From contig JAQIIU010000003.1 of assembly GCA_036946625.1 (NCBI GenBank), forward strand, positions 133,961 through 197,960: 64,000 nucleotides of DNA, in the 5' to 3' direction. Source of the DNA: Methylorubrum populi (GTDB lineage: Bacteria > Pseudomonadota > Alphaproteobacteria > Rhizobiales > Beijerinckiaceae). Position numbers and translations under genes: made by a program. How positions within the stretch are numbered: the first letter of the stretch is position 1; every line of letters begins with the position of its first letter. The notes beneath the pieces were generated by a model. It was not told the origin of the DNA. It made no database searches and saw nothing but the letters and a program-made list of their open reading frames with translations. Of this stretch, positions 16,398 to 26,685 are shown in pieces.

Positions 16398-17156
16398 CTA
16401 CGGGGCCACGCTGCGCGGCGTGTAGACGAAGGGCAGCCGTCCTTCCCGCTCGATCAGCCGCGTCGTCGGCGCACCGACGATGACCATGGTCGCCATGTCG
16501 GCCGGGGCGGTCCGGGCCTCGTCCAGGGTCAGCACCCGCAGCGATTCGTCCGGCCGCGTCACGGCGCGGGCGAAGATGACCGGCGTCGTGGCGGGAAGGA
16601 TTTCGGCGGCGAGCGCCAGCGCCCGGCCGAGCTGCCAGGGGCGTGCGGACGAGATCGGGTTGTAGAGGGCGACGCTGAGCCCCGCCCGCAGCACGGCCTC
16701 CAGCCGGGCGGTCACGACCTCCCAGGGCTTGAGGTTGTCGGAGAGCGAGATCGCGCAGAAATCGCCCCCGAGCGGTGCGCCGAGGCGGGCGGCGGCGGCG
16801 AGCATCGCCGTGATGCCGGGCTCGACCTCGATGGTCAGGCGGCGCCAGTCCGCCGGGCCGTGCTCCACCGCCTCGAACACGGCCGCGGCCATGGCGAACA
16901 CGCCGGGGTCGCCCCCCGACACCACCGCGACATGGCGGCCGCTGGCGGCGAGCTCCAGGGCGTGGCGGGCGCGGTCCACCTCGACGCGGTTGTCGCTGGC
17001 GTGGCGCGTCAGCCCCGCGCGCTCGGGCACGCGGGCGACGTAGGGGACGTACCCGATCAGGTCCTGCGCCCGGTCGAGGGCGGCGCGGGCCGATTCGGTG
17101 AGCAGGCGCGGGTCGCCCGGTCCCAGGCCGACGACCGTGACGCTTCCCCCCTTCAC
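16398..17156 (-). CDS. cobJ: Precorrin-3B C17-methyltransferase
   Basis: VTVVGLGPGDPRLLT...VAVVSGGDPGVFAMA..., a tetrapyrrole methylase fold. The GTG start at 17156 overlaps the cobI stop (GTGA). The upstream part of the track ORF is discarded. Confidence 0.85.
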   Translation of the reverse strand: MKGGSVTVVGLGPGDPRLLTESARAALDRAQDLIGYVPYVARVPERAGLTRHASDNRVEVDRARHALELAASGRHVAVVSGGDPGVFAMAAAVFEAVEHGPADWRRLTIEVEPGITAMLAAAARLGAPLGGDFCAISLSDNLKPWEVVTARLEAVLRAGLSVALYNPISSARPWQLGRALALAAEILPATTPVIFARAVTRPDESLRVLTLDEARTAPADMATMVIVGAPTTRLIEREGRLPFVYTPRSVAP

Positions 17157-17953
17157 GGGCGGCGGCCCTCGCCGGGCACCAGCACCATGGAGAAGTAGGG
17201 CGCGGCGTCGTCCGCCTTCTCGGCCAGCGGCACCACCCGCTCGCCGGCCATGGTGCCCCGTTCCACGTAGACGGCGCGCGCCAAGAAGCCGGTCTCGGCC
17301 AGGACGCCGCGCACCTTCGGCAGGTGGCGGCCGAGCTTCATGACGACGGCCGCGTCCGTCCCCTTCAGCCGCTCCACCAGCGCCGCGCGCGGCAGGGTCG
17401 CGGGCAGGATGGTGAGCACGTCGTCGCCCCAGGTGATCGGCGTGCCGGCCCGGGTCCAGCAGCCCGACATGCCGGTGACGCCGGGGATCACCTCGACGGG
17501 GAAGCGGTCCTTCAGGCGCCGCCACAGATGCATGAACGAGCCGTAGAAGAAGGGATCGCCCTCCGACAGGATCGCCACGTCGCGCCCCGCGCCGAGATGG
17601 CCGGCCAATCGCCCGGCCGCCTCGTCGTAGAAACCGGCGAGCGCCGCGACGTAGTCCGGGTGATCGGGGGGAAGCTCGATGGTGTAGGGATAGGCCAGCG
17701 GAAACTCGCGGGTCGGATCGCACACCACCGCGTCGGCGATGGTGCGGGCGTTGCCGCGCTTGCCCCGCTTGCAGAAGTGGACGAGCACCGGGGCGTGTTC
17801 CAGCACCCGCATCGCCTTGACGGTGAGGAAGTCGGGATCGCCCGGCCCCATGCCGACGCCGAAGAGCGTGCCGGTCTTCGGCGAGACGGGGGTCTCGCCC
17901 GCGCCGTCCGTGGCCTCGGCCGGGGCGTCGATGCGCAGGCTCCCCTCCATCAT
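17153..17953 (-). CDS. cobI: Precorrin-2 C20-methyltransferase
   Basis: [20 protein letters not shown]...[13 protein letters not shown]... Synteny between cobH and cobJ. Confidence 0.85.
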   Translation of the reverse strand: MMEGSLRIDAPAEATDGAGETPVSPKTGTLFGVGMGPGDPDFLTVKAMRVLEHAPVLVHFCKRGKRGNARTIADAVVCDPTREFPLAYPYTIELPPDHPDYVAALAGFYDEAAGRLAGHLGAGRDVAILSEGDPFFYGSFMHLWRRLKDRFPVEVIPGVTGMSGCWTRAGTPITWGDDVLTILPATLPRAALVERLKGTDAAVVMKLGRHLPKVRGVLAETGFLARAVYVERGTMAGERVVPLAEKADDAAPYFSMVLVPGEGRRP

Positions 17954-18582
17954 TCGACCTCGCTCGCGAGCGCGTTGACGGCCGCCGCCGTCATGGCGCT
18001 GCCGCCGCGGCGACCGTGGACCACGACGAAGGGCACACGCCCGTCCCGCGCCAGAGCCTCCTTGGATTCCGCCGCGCCGACGAAGCCGACCGGGATGCCG
18101 ATCACCGCCGCCGGGGGCGCGACGCCCTCGTCCAGCAGTTCGAGCAGGCGGAACAGGGCGGTCGGCGCGTTACCGACGGCGACGACGCTGCCGGGCAGGT
18201 GCTCGCGCCACAATTCCATCGCCGCGGCCGAGCGGGTGGTGCCCATCTCCGCCGCGAGACCGGGCACGCGCGGGTCGCCGAGCGTGCAGATCACGGCGTT
18301 TCCCGCCGGCAACCGCGCGCGGGTGACGCCGTCGGCGACCATGCGCACGTCGCACAGGATCGGCGCGCCGGCCTTCAGCGCCGCCTCGCCGGCGGCGGCG
18401 AAGGTGTCCGACATCTCCACGTCGCCGGGCAGGTCGGTCATGCCGCAGGCGTGGATCATCCGCACCACGACCCGCTCGGCCGCGCCGGACCAGCGGGCGA
18501 GATCGGATTCGGCGCGGATCATCGCGAAGGAGCGCGCGTAGATCGCGCCGCCGTCGCGGATGTAGTCGTGGCGCGCACTCAT
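17950..18582 (-). CDS. cobH: Precorrin-8X methylmutase
   Basis: [19 protein letters not shown]...MIHACGM...[16 protein letters not shown]... The ATG at 18582 was verified in the DNA, and there is an ATGA-type overlap with cobG. Confidence 0.9.
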   Translation of the reverse strand: MSARHDYIRDGGAIYARSFAMIRAESDLARWSGAAERVVVRMIHACGMTDLPGDVEMSDTFAAAGEAALKAGAPILCDVRMVADGVTRARLPAGNAVICTLGDPRVPGLAAEMGTTRSAAAMELWREHLPGSVVAVGNAPTALFRLLELLDEGVAPPAAVIGIPVGFVGAAESKEALARDGRVPFVVVHGRRGGSAMTAAAVNALASEVE

Positions 18583-19880
18583 CTCACGTTGTCCCGAAAC
18601 ACCCGATCCAGCGCCGAAAGCCCGGCCGCCGCGGCCCTCCTTATCCGGTCCAGCGCCGCCTCGAAAGCGAGACGCGTCGCCGGCTCGGCAGAGGGGGGGC
18701 CAGCGAGCACCACGTCGTAGGCGCCCTCGCGGCCGACGAGGGTGAGGTCGGCGGGGCCGGGATGGGCGCAGCCCTTGGCGCAGCCCGAGACGTGCACGGT
18801 GATCGGAGCGGACAGGCCGAAGCCGGTGAGCGGCGCCAGCGCCCGCGCCAGCCGGGCGGCGTGGTCGGGCACCGGGGTCGTGCCGGAGCGGCAGGCCGGC
18901 GCCCCGGGGCAGGCGGCCACCGCGCGGCGGGGATCGTCGGGCGTCACGATGAAGCCGGCCTCCGCGAGGTCCGACCGGAGGGCGGCGGTGCGGCCGGACG
19001 AAGCGACGAGGGCGAAGCCGCGCTCGGCGCTCAACCGCGCCCCCGCCTCCCCGGCCAAAGCCGCGACGCGCTCCAGCCGGTCGGCGGTGCAGCGGCCGAA
19101 CGGCGCCTGGACGAGGACCGCTGCGGCGTCCCCCGTCAGGGCGGCGAGCCCCGGCGCGGCGGGGATGGGGGCGGGGCTCAGCGGCGCCGGTTCGAACGGG
19201 AAGAAGCCGGCCACCGCCGCGACCACGGCCCGCCCGCGCGCGTCGAGATCGCGCATCCGGCGCCCGCCGGTCCCGGCGAAGGCGACGAGGGCAAGGCCGA
19301 GGGCGCCGGCGGCGCGGCGCTCCGGCAGCACGCCGCAGCGCAGGGGCCCGGCCTCGCCCGCGAGCCCGAAGGCGACCTGTCCGGAACCTTCGGCGAACAG
19401 GAAGAAATCCGCCTCGACCGCGCCGAGGCCGTGGGCACCACCGCCGTCGATCGCCACCAGCGTCTTGGGCGGCAGGCCCGGCACGGCGAGACCCGCCGCC
19501 TCCACGGCACGGGCCAGCGCCGGCACGTCGATCTTTTCCGTCGGGTCGAGGCCGGCGAGCGGCGCGGTGAGCGTCAGCCGCTGCGGGCCGCCATCGTCGC
19601 GGGTGTCGGCGAGGCCGGCCTCCGCCAGGGCGCAGGCGAGGCGCGGCGCGCTCGCCTCGCCGACGCCGCGGACCTGGAGATTGCCGCGGGCGGTCAGGTC
19701 GATATGGCCGTTGCCGTGGGCCCGGGCGCCCGCGGCCACCGCCCGCATCTGCGCGGCGGTGAGATGGCCCAGCGGCGGGTGGACGCGGGCGAGCAGCCCG
19801 TCGCCGGTCGGCATCGGCCGGGCGAGCGAGGGGCACCAGCCGCGGCGGGCGCCCTCCGGCGGGGTGCGGCGCGCGCTCAT
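18579..19880 (-). CDS. cobG: Precorrin-3B synthase (aerobic pathway, sulfite/nitrite reductase-like ferredoxin fold)
   Basis: [19 protein letters not shown]...[11 protein letters not shown]...[10 protein letters not shown], with cluster Cys motifs. The ATG at 19880 overlaps the cobN stop. Confidence 0.8.
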   Translation of the reverse strand: MSARRTPPEGARRGWCPSLARPMPTGDGLLARVHPPLGHLTAAQMRAVAAGARAHGNGHIDLTARGNLQVRGVGEASAPRLACALAEAGLADTRDDGGPQRLTLTAPLAGLDPTEKIDVPALARAVEAAGLAVPGLPPKTLVAIDGGGAHGLGAVEADFFLFAEGSGQVAFGLAGEAGPLRCGVLPERRAAGALGLALVAFAGTGGRRMRDLDARGRAVVAAVAGFFPFEPAPLSPAPIPAAPGLAALTGDAAAVLVQAPFGRCTADRLERVAALAGEAGARLSAERGFALVASSGRTAALRSDLAEAGFIVTPDDPRRAVAACPGAPACRSGTTPVPDHAARLARALAPLTGFGLSAPITVHVSGCAKGCAHPGPADLTLVGREGAYDVVLAGPPSAEPATRLAFEAALDRIRRAAAAGLSALDRVFRDNVR

Positions 19881-22800
19881 TCGGCGGCGATCGTCCTGCA
19901 TCGGCTTCGCCCGAAAGCCGGCGGCCCCCTTTCGGGCCGATGCTCCATCATCGCGTCGGCCGGCGCCGCGTTGCGGCGGCTCTGCCAGAGGCCGCGGGCG
20001 CGCAGTTCCTCGAAGCGCTCCAGGATGGCGCGGGCCGCTTGCGGGTTGGCCGCCTTCAACGCCTCGAAGGTCTCCGGGTCGGCGATCCAGGCGCCGTAGA
20101 GCCGGTCGAGATCGCTGCCCGTCACCGCGTCGGTGGCGGCGGCGAGCACGAACACCGCGTCGATCCCCTGGGCGAATTCCTGCGCGCCGCGATAGCCGTG
20201 GCGGAGCTGGGCCGCGATCCAGCGCGGATGGCCGAGCCGGCCGCGGATCAGCCGGGCGACATCCTCGCGGGCGGTGCGGGTGCGCGGCGTCTCCGGGTTC
20301 GAGACGTCGAGGCTGTAGAGCGCGGGCGTCTTCCCCTCGGCGGCGGCGGCGGCAAAGAAACCGCCCACGGCGTCGGCCGCCGCGTCGCCGTCGAGCAGGT
20401 CGCGCTCGGCCACGTCGAAGGCGTGGACATAGGCGTCCGCCGCGGCGACGCGGGCGGCGAAGTCCGCATCCGCGCCTTCCGCGTCGCCGTAGGCGTGGGT
20501 GGTGGCGGCGAGATAGGCCCGTCCCAGATCGGCGCGCCCCTCCCAGGCGCCGTCGAGCGCCGTCTCGGCCGCGCCCGCGCCGTAGCGGCCCGGGGCCGCG
20601 CCGTAGATGCGGGCAGCGGACTCGCCCCGGCGGCGCGCCGCGGCGAGGGGATTGTCCTCGTCCTCCTCCTCGCGGGCGGCGACGGCACGGGCAGCGCGGT
20701 CGAGGAGCGCCAGCGTCTCCGGGAACGTATCGCGAAAAGCGCCGGAGACGCGGCAGGTCACGTCGATGCGCGGCCGGTCGAGGAGCGCCGGCGGCAGCAC
20801 CTCGAAGCCGGTCACGCGGGTCGAGGCATGGTCCCAGACCGGGCGCACGCCCATCAGCGCGAGGGCATGCGCCACGTCCTCGCCGCCGGTGCGCAGGGTC
20901 GGCGAGGCCCAGAGGTCCATGACGATGCGCGCCGGGTACTCGCCCTCGTCCTGAAGGTAGCGCCGCACCACCGCCTCCGCCGCCTTGCTGCCGAGCAGGG
21001 TCGCGGCGCGGGTCGGCAGGGCGCGGGGGTCGAGGGTCGTCAGGTTGCGGCCGGTCGGCATCACGTCCCGGCGTCCGCGCGCGGGCGAGCCGGCGGGACC
21101 CGGCGCGACGAAGCGGCCGTCGAGGGCGGCGGCCAGCGCGGCATGCTCGGCCCGCGCCGAGTCCCGGACGGCCTCGGACGCCTCGGCCGGGGCGCGGCCG
21201 AACACGTGCAGGCCGTCGCGAAAAGGGGTCTCGCCGAGATCGCACAGATGCGCGTCGAGCGCGGTCAGCGCGTCGGCCATCGGCGTGTCGCCATCGATCC
21301 CTGCGCCTTCGAGCAGGCCGGCGGAGGCCGCCTCGTCGAGGATCGCCTCGGCGATCAGCCCGGCCCGGCGCGGATCGAGCACGCTCGCGGCGGAGTACTC
21401 TTCCACGAGTTCGCGCAAAGCCGCGGCCTCGGGGGTGAGCCCGGCGGCGTCGACGGTGGGGGTGAGGTGACCCAGCGCGATCCCGCCGAGCCGTCGCTTC
21501 AGCGGCGCGGCCTCGCCGGGATCGTCGACGATGAAGGGATAGACCACCGGCAGCGCCCCGACCGCCAGCGCCGGCCAGCATGCGGGTGACAGCGCCACCG
21601 CCTTGCCGGGCAGCCACTCGGTGGTGCCGTGGGTGCCGAGATGGATCAGCGCGTCGAAGCGTTCGCGCAGGCCCAGGTAGAAGGCGAGGTAGGCGTGGGT
21701 CGGCGGCTCGTCGGGAGCGTGGTAACCGGCCTTGCGGTCGGCGCTCCGGCCCCGGTCGGGCTGGAGGAAGAGGGTGAGGCCACCTTCACGCGCCGCACCG
21801 CGCGCATCCCCTCTTCCCGCATGCGGGGAGAGGGGGGTTCGCGCGGCACCCGCTTGCACCATCCGGAACCGGAACGCGCCGTCCCGGCAGAGCGGATCAT
21901 CCTCCGGCGCGCCCCAGCGCTCCGTGAGTTCCGCCCGGAGCTCGTCCGGCAGCCTCTCGAACCACGCCGCGTAATCGGCCAGCGCTACGAAAAAGCCCGG
22001 CTCGCCCGCGGTGAGGGCCTCCATCAGCGCGCCCGCCTCCGGCAGGTCGCCCGCTGCAAAACCTTCTGCGGCCAGGTCGGCGGCGATGGCGCGGGCGCTC
22101 TCCGGCGTGTCGAGGCCCACCGCGTAGCCGGCCCGTCCTCCGCGGGCGGGATAATCGGACAGCACCAGCGCGAGCCGACGTTTTCCGCGGGGCGTTCGCC
22201 GCAGACGGATCCAGGCGGCGGCGCGCTCGGCCAGAGCGGCGATGCCGGCGGGGTCGGGCACGGCGCGGCGCCCGGCAAAGCCCTCGACCGCTTCGGCCTC
22301 CTCCTTGAAGGAGATCGGAAAGCCCGAGAGCCGCCCGTCGAATTCGGGCAGGGCCACCTGCATGGCGAGGTCGGCCGCGTTCATGCCGCGGCCGGAGGCG
22401 CTCCAGGCGGCGCGTGGGGCGCCGACCGTGCAGGCCTGGAGCACCGGGCAGTCGGCGGCGTCGAGCACGAAGCCGGCATCGTCGCGGGCCGAGAAGGCGG
22501 TGGCAGCCAGCACGATGTCGGGCCGGCGCAGGCCAAGCATCGCACGCAGGACGGCCACGGCCTCCGGGTCCTTCAGGCTCGACACGGCGAGCGTCACGCA
22601 TCCGATGCCGCGCTCGGCCAGGGCGGCCGACAGCCGGGCGGCCGGGGCCGTCTCGCCGGAGAGCACCGCCGAGCGGTAGACCAGCAGCAGCGCCAACGGC
22701 CCCGGCCCGGCGGCCTGCATCGCGGCCTCGACGGACAGCGGCCCGCAGCCGGGGCACCACGCGAAGCCCCGCGGCAGCGCCCGCGGCGGCGCCGGCTCGA

Positions 22801-23290
22801 AGGCGGCGCCGGCCTCCGCCGCGAGGCAGCGCAGCAGGTTCTTCAGGTTCTCCGGCCCGCCCGCGCGAAAATAGGCGTCGAGGCGGGCGCAGGTCTCCGG
22901 CGGCAGGGTCGAGAAGGCGTCGAGGCGCGGGTCCGGCCGGTCGTCGCCGGGCAGCACCGCGAGCCGCACGCCCCGCGCCCGCGCGGCCGCCGCGGCGCGC
23001 TCGATGCCGTAGCGCCAGTAGTCGAGCCCGCCGAGGCAGCGGATGACGCAGACCCTCGCGCGGGCGATCACCGCATCGACGTAGAGATCGACCGACATCG
23101 GGTGGCGCAGTTGCGCCAGCTTGGCGAGCCGCAGCGACGGCAGGCCGGGCTCGTCCGCATGCGCGCGGGCGACGGCCGCGAGGTCCGTATCGGTGAACGA
23201 CAAAAACACGATCTCGCCCGGGCTCTGGCCGAGATCGACCGCCGCCTCGCCCTCGTCGAGGGAGACCGTATCGAGGCGGATCAGGTGCAT
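19877..23290 (-). CDS. cobN: Cobaltochelatase subunit CobN
   Basis: [37 protein letters not shown]...[14 protein letters not shown]... About 1137 aa starting from ATG 23290. Confidence 0.9.
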   Translation of the reverse strand: MHLIRLDTVSLDEGEAAVDLGQSPGEIVFLSFTDTDLAAVARAHADEPGLPSLRLAKLAQLRHPMSVDLYVDAVIARARVCVIRCLGGLDYWRYGIERAAAAARARGVRLAVLPGDDRPDPRLDAFSTLPPETCARLDAYFRAGGPENLKNLLRCLAAEAGAAFEPAPPRALPRGFAWCPGCGPLSVEAAMQAAGPGPLALLLVYRSAVLSGETAPAARLSAALAERGIGCVTLAVSSLKDPEAVAVLRAMLGLRRPDIVLAATAFSARDDAGFVLDAADCPVLQACTVGAPRAAWSASGRGMNAADLAMQVALPEFDGRLSGFPISFKEEAEAVEGFAGRRAVPDPAGIAALAERAAAWIRLRRTPRGKRRLALVLSDYPARGGRAGYAVGLDTPESARAIAADLAAEGFAAGDLPEAGALMEALTAGEPGFFVALADYAAWFERLPDELRAELTERWGAPEDDPLCRDGAFRFRMVQAGAARTPLSPHAGRGDARGAAREGGLTLFLQPDRGRSADRKAGYHAPDEPPTHAYLAFYLGLRERFDALIHLGTHGTTEWLPGKAVALSPACWPALAVGALPVVYPFIVDDPGEAAPLKRRLGGIALGHLTPTVDAAGLTPEAAALRELVEEYSAASVLDPRRAGLIAEAILDEAASAGLLEGAGIDGDTPMADALTALDAHLCDLGETPFRDGLHVFGRAPAEASEAVRDSARAEHAALAAALDGRFVAPGPAGSPARGRRDVMPTGRNLTTLDPRALPTRAATLLGSKAAEAVVRRYLQDEGEYPARIVMDLWASPTLRTGGEDVAHALALMGVRPVWDHASTRVTGFEVLPPALLDRPRIDVTCRVSGAFRDTFPETLALLDRAARAVAAREEEDEDNPLAAARRRGESAARIYGAAPGRYGAGAAETALDGAWEGRADLGRAYLAATTHAYGDAEGADADFAARVAAADAYVHAFDVAERDLLDGDAAADAVGGFFAAAAAEGKTPALYSLDVSNPETPRTRTAREDVARLIRGRLGHPRWIAAQLRHGYRGAQEFAQGIDAVFVLAAATDAVTGSDLDRLYGAWIADPETFEALKAANPQAARAILERFEELRARGLWQSRRNAAPADAMMEHRPERGPPAFGRSRCRTIAAE
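21798..21846. repeat. 49-bp imperfect palindrome centred on GCATGC, lying in frame inside cobN
   Basis: CCGCGCGCATCCCCTCTTCCCGC|ATGC|GGGGAGAGGGGGGTTCGCGCGG. The inner 13-bp arms have one mismatch. It is translated as ...[14 protein letters not shown]... within cobN. Confidence 0.7.
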
Positions 23291-23300
23291 GGACGCTCGC

Positions 23301-23912
23301 TCACCGCTCCGGCTCGCCGGGCGTCTCGTCCTGAACGAGCCGGGGACGGACGGGAAAGACGATGCCGTCATAGAGATCGGCGAGTGCCAGCGCGATGCGC
23401 AGGCCCGACAAGACGAGCACGCCGTCACGGCCGGCGACGCGCTGCTTGCGCCAAGCGCGATCCGGTTCGCGGGACCACAGCATGACCTCGGGCGCGTTCG
23501 GCTCGATCAGCAGGATGTGGTCGAGCCCCTCCAGCGCCTTGTACTCGGCCAGCTTCTCGAACGCGTCGAAATCGCGGGTGCTGGGCGAGAGCACTTCCGC
23601 GACGAGGCGCGGGTCGGCGGCCTTCATCGCGCTCGGGTCGCGCGCGCCGCAATCGACGCCGGCATCGGGCCGGCGGATCCGGCCCGGGCCGGTCTCCACG
23701 CTGCCGTCACCGGTGAAAGGCCGGCAACCGCTGCCGCGCAGGGCCGTGTGCAGGGCAGCGAGGAGGTTGACCACGATGTCGTCGTGGACGTTGCGGGCCC
23801 CCGCCATCATCCGCACGGGCACGCCGCCGACGAGTTCGTACCGCTCCGCCTGGCGCTCCTGCCAAGCGAAGAAGGCTTCGACGGTCATCGGCTGCGGGTG
23901 GCGCTCCGGCAT
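23301..23912 (-). CDS. Uma2-family (DUF820) restriction-endonuclease-like protein
   Basis: MTVEAFFAWQERQAERYELVGGVPVRMMAG...HDDIVVNL...PDAGV...AEVLSPST...DFDAFEKLAEYKALEGLDHILLIE, which is the typical Uma2 architecture. Confidence 0.75.
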   Translation of the reverse strand: MPERHPQPMTVEAFFAWQERQAERYELVGGVPVRMMAGARNVHDDIVVNLLAALHTALRGSGCRPFTGDGSVETGPGRIRRPDAGVDCGARDPSAMKAADPRLVAEVLSPSTRDFDAFEKLAEYKALEGLDHILLIEPNAPEVMLWSREPDRAWRKQRVAGRDGVLVLSGLRIALALADLYDGIVFPVRPRLVQDETPGEPER

Positions 23913-23982
23913 GGGCGGGGTTCTCTTGCGGGCCTTCCCTTATAGGACATCGGCGACGGCACCATAACGCGGCCCGTCATCG

Positions 23983-25017
23983 TCATCCGCGCAAAGCGGC
24001 GGCCACCGCCTCTCGGTCGAAGCCCTTCAGGCCGATGACGACGAGGCGCCCGTCGCGGGGCTCCGAGCCCTTCCAGGGACGGTCGTAATGGGCGGCGACG
24101 CGCCGGCCGACGCCCTGCACCACGAGACGCATCGGCTTGGCCCTGACCTCGGCGAAGCCCTTGATGCGCAGAACGCCCTCGGTCTCGGCGGCCTTCTCCA
24201 CGCGCGCCGCGAGATCCTCCGGGCTGCCGGCGGCGCCGACGGGGATCGCGACCGATTCGAAATCGTCGTGGTCGTGATCCTCGCCCGCGCCGTGATGCGA
24301 GGGGCGGGCGTCGAGATCGTCTTCCGCCGCCGCGGCGATCCCGAGCAGCACGCGCGGATCGAGTCGGCCGTGCTCGGTCGCGACGATCTCCACGGCGCGC
24401 GGCAGGTGTGCCTCGATCTCGGCGCGGACCTTGTCGCGGCCCGCCCCGTCCAGCAAATCGGCCTTGTTGAGCACCACGAGGTCGGCGCAGAGGATCTGGT
24501 CCTCGAACACCTCCTCCAGCGGGTTGTCGTGATCGACCGCTTGGTCCGCCGCGCGCTGGTTGGCCAGCGCGTCCGGATCCTCGGCGAACATCCCGGCGGC
24601 CACCGCCGGGCCGTCCACCACCGCGACCACGCCGTCCACGGTGACCCGCGAGCGGATCGCCGGCCACTGGAAGGCCTGGACCAGGGGTTTGGGCAGTGCG
24701 AGGCCGGAAGTCTCGATCAGGATGTGCTCCGGCGGCTCGGGACGGTCGAGGAGTTTCGTGAGTGCCGGCACGAAGTCGTCGGCGACCGTGCAGCAGATGC
24801 AGCCGTTGGGCAATTCCACCACCGAATCCTCGGTGCAGCCCTCGACGCCGCAGGCGGCGAGGAACGAGCCGTCGAAGCCGAGATCGCCGAACTCGTTGAC
24901 GATGATCGCGAGGCGGCGCCCGCGGGCGTTCTCGACGGTGTGGCGCACAAGCGTCGTCTTGCCGGCCCCGAGGAAGCCGGTGACGATGGTGCAGGGAATC
25001 TTTTCGACGAGGCTCAT
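23983..25017 (-). CDS. cobW: Cobalamin biosynthesis GTPase CobW (COG0523 family)
   Basis: P-loop VTGFLGAGKTTL, the GCICCT metal motif, and a His/Asp-rich stretch (HHGAGEDHDHDDFE). Confidence 0.85.
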   Translation of the reverse strand: MSLVEKIPCTIVTGFLGAGKTTLVRHTVENARGRRLAIIVNEFGDLGFDGSFLAACGVEGCTEDSVVELPNGCICCTVADDFVPALTKLLDRPEPPEHILIETSGLALPKPLVQAFQWPAIRSRVTVDGVVAVVDGPAVAAGMFAEDPDALANQRAADQAVDHDNPLEEVFEDQILCADLVVLNKADLLDGAGRDKVRAEIEAHLPRAVEIVATEHGRLDPRVLLGIAAAAEDDLDARPSHHGAGEDHDHDDFESVAIPVGAAGSPEDLAARVEKAAETEGVLRIKGFAEVRAKPMRLVVQGVGRRVAAHYDRPWKGSEPRDGRLVVIGLKGFDREAVAAALRG

Positions 25018-25021
25018 GATC

Positions 25022-25411
25022 TCAAGGCGTCCGGTTCGGCGGGATGCGGGCGACGACGCCCTTGCGAAACGCTTCCGGCCGCTCGCGCCAGGGCACGACG
25101 CCGTCGGAGGTCTCGAGGTAGCGGCGCAGGCCCGCCAGGAGGGTGCGGGCCGAGGTCTCGGCGTCTTCGAGCGCGTCGAAATCGCCGTAGACGTAGGTCC
25201 AGCGGTTGGCCGAGACGACCGCGACGGTGCAGGGCCGCTTGCAGACCGAGAGGCACTCGGTGCCCTCGATCGTCAGGCCCGGCACCGGCGCGCGCCCGGC
25301 TTCCGCGAGCAGCGCGGCCAGGAGCTTGGCCCCGGCACGCGGCTCGGACGCATCCCCCGCCGCGCGGCAGGTGGTGCAGACCGACAGGACGGCGGTACCC
25401 GTCTCAGGCAT
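25022..25411 (-). CDS. DUF1636-family metal-binding protein associated with cob clusters
   Basis: Cys motifs VCTTCR ... CLSVCKRPC. The ATG at 25411 overlaps the cbtA stop. Position next to cobW. Confidence 0.7.
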   Translation of the reverse strand: MPETGTAVLSVCTTCRAAGDASEPRAGAKLLAALLAEAGRAPVPGLTIEGTECLSVCKRPCTVAVVSANRWTYVYGDFDALEDAETSARTLLAGLRRYLETSDGVVPWRERPEAFRKGVVARIPPNRTP

Positions 25412-26168
25412 TCGCACGAGCGCCCACCTCGCGGCCGAACAGGCCCCAGGCCCAGCCATAGGCCAACCCGATCACCGCCCAGAACACGAAGCCGATGGCG
25501 AGGGAGCGCGCGGCGAACTGGGCCGCGGTCGCCGGCGGCACCTGCGACGAGACCGTATCGACCGATTGCGGCGCCCCGGCGAGATGCGGCGCGACGATCA
25601 GGACGAAGCCGCCCAGAACCGTCAGCGGCACCCGCCGCACGGCGATCAGGTAGAGGCCGAGCCCGGTGGCGAGCACCGTCATCAGCCACCACGACTGGCG
25701 CAGCAGCAGCGGCGCCGCGCCCATGCCGGGCAATTCCGGCGGCAGGCCGATGGCGGGGGCGAGGGCCACCGCGAGGAAGCCGGCGATGCCCACGGCCAGA
25801 CCGCTGCGCGGATTCGGCTCGCGGCGCAGGGCCAGCATCACCGCGCCGAGCAACAGGGCGTAGCCGACGCCGCCGACCAGCGTGGCGAGACCGGTGAAGG
25901 CCATGCGCTGCAGGCCCGGCGCGGGCTGCCACGCGTCGGCCGAGCCGTGGTCATGCCCGCCCTCGCCGTGCGAATGGGCGTGGGCCGGGACGATCAGGGC
26001 GGCGAAGGAGACGGCAGGGGACGGCGCGAGGGCGGCATGGGCGCCCTCACCCTCGTAGGTTTCCGCCTGGAGGATCAGCGGGGAGGTCAGCGCGAGCTGA
26101 AGGCCCGTCGCGACGACGGACGCGAGGAAGCCGGCGACGAGCGCCGCCGACAGCAACCGGGTGATCAT
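25404..26168 (-). CDS. cbtA: Cobalt transporter subunit CbtA
   Basis: Multi-TM protein with a His-rich loop (HAHSHGEGGHDHG). Start at MITRLLSAALVAGF (ATG 26168). Follows cbtB. Confidence 0.8.
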   Translation of the reverse strand: MITRLLSAALVAGFLASVVATGLQLALTSPLILQAETYEGEGAHAALAPSPAVSFAALIVPAHAHSHGEGGHDHGSADAWQPAPGLQRMAFTGLATLVGGVGYALLLGAVMLALRREPNPRSGLAVGIAGFLAVALAPAIGLPPELPGMGAAPLLLRQSWWLMTVLATGLGLYLIAVRRVPLTVLGGFVLIVAPHLAGAPQSVDTVSSQVPPATAAQFAARSLAIGFVFWAVIGLAYGWAWGLFGREVGARANA

Positions 26169-26196
26169 AGAGCTTGAGGCCGCTGGAACGCGCGGA

Positions 26197-26376
26197 TCAG
26201 TGGCAGGGGAAGTTCTGCGCGTGGCGGAAATCGTGCGCCGCATTGTGCAGCATGGTGGCCGGGGCAAAGCCGGCCACGAAGACGAGGCCGAGGCCGAGGA
26301 AGGCGGCGGCGAGCAGGGCGCGTGCGCCCTCGGCCGAACGGGGGGTGGCCTGGGTCTGAAGGGTCGCGGTCGTCAT
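26197..26376 (-). CDS. cbtB: Cobalt transporter subunit CbtB
   Basis: One TM helix and the C-terminal HNAAHDFRHAQNFPCH signature. ATG at 26376 with a GGAG RBS. Confidence 0.75.
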   Translation of the reverse strand: MTTATLQTQATPRSAEGARALLAAAFLGLGLVFVAGFAPATMLHNAAHDFRHAQNFPCH

Positions 26377-26429
26377 CGGGTCACGGGCTCCGGCCGCCCC
26401 ACCGGCGGCGTTCGAGGACACAAAACTCG

Positions 26430-26612
26430 GCCGGACGGCAGGTCTCCTGGCTCGCGGCTGGTGTCGCGCCTGCCGCCTTCCCGGATCACCCGGTGGCTCG
26501 TGGCAGAAGCTCGCCGCTCACAGTTGCGGGGGCAGCCGCGGAATCGAGGCTTTTCGAAAACCTCTCACCGCATTCCCTTTTCACCCCGTCGCCGGGGCAC
26601 CGTCACCCGCCG
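26430..26612 (-). promoter_or_regulatory. Cobalamin (B12) riboswitch in the leader of cbtB
   Basis: The minus-strand RNA reads ...GGUGCCCCGGCGACGGGGUGAAAAGGGAAUGCGGUGAGAGG...GAUUCCGCGGCUGCCCCCGCAACUGU...GGGAAGGCGGCAGG...GAGCCAGGAGACCUGCCG (B12-box at 26436-26453), followed by a UUUU tract. Confidence 0.8.
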
Positions 26613-26685
26613 CTTGTAACGCGGAGTCGGCGCCCATGCAAAGCGCCATTGCGTGATGGGCCAAGCCCGGTGCAAACGGGCGGGC

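Noticed and set aside
18742-23485. Long plus-strand ORFs (18742..20922, 19940..21589, 21629..23485) and extended minus-strand ORFs (17950..19836, 18579..21617, 19877..23428 N-terminal parts) across cobH, cobG and cobN.
   Set aside because: These are antisense or upstream read-through frames rich in Arg and Pro. The real genes are delimited by verified ATGs with ATGA/GTGA couplings at 18582, 19880 and 23290.
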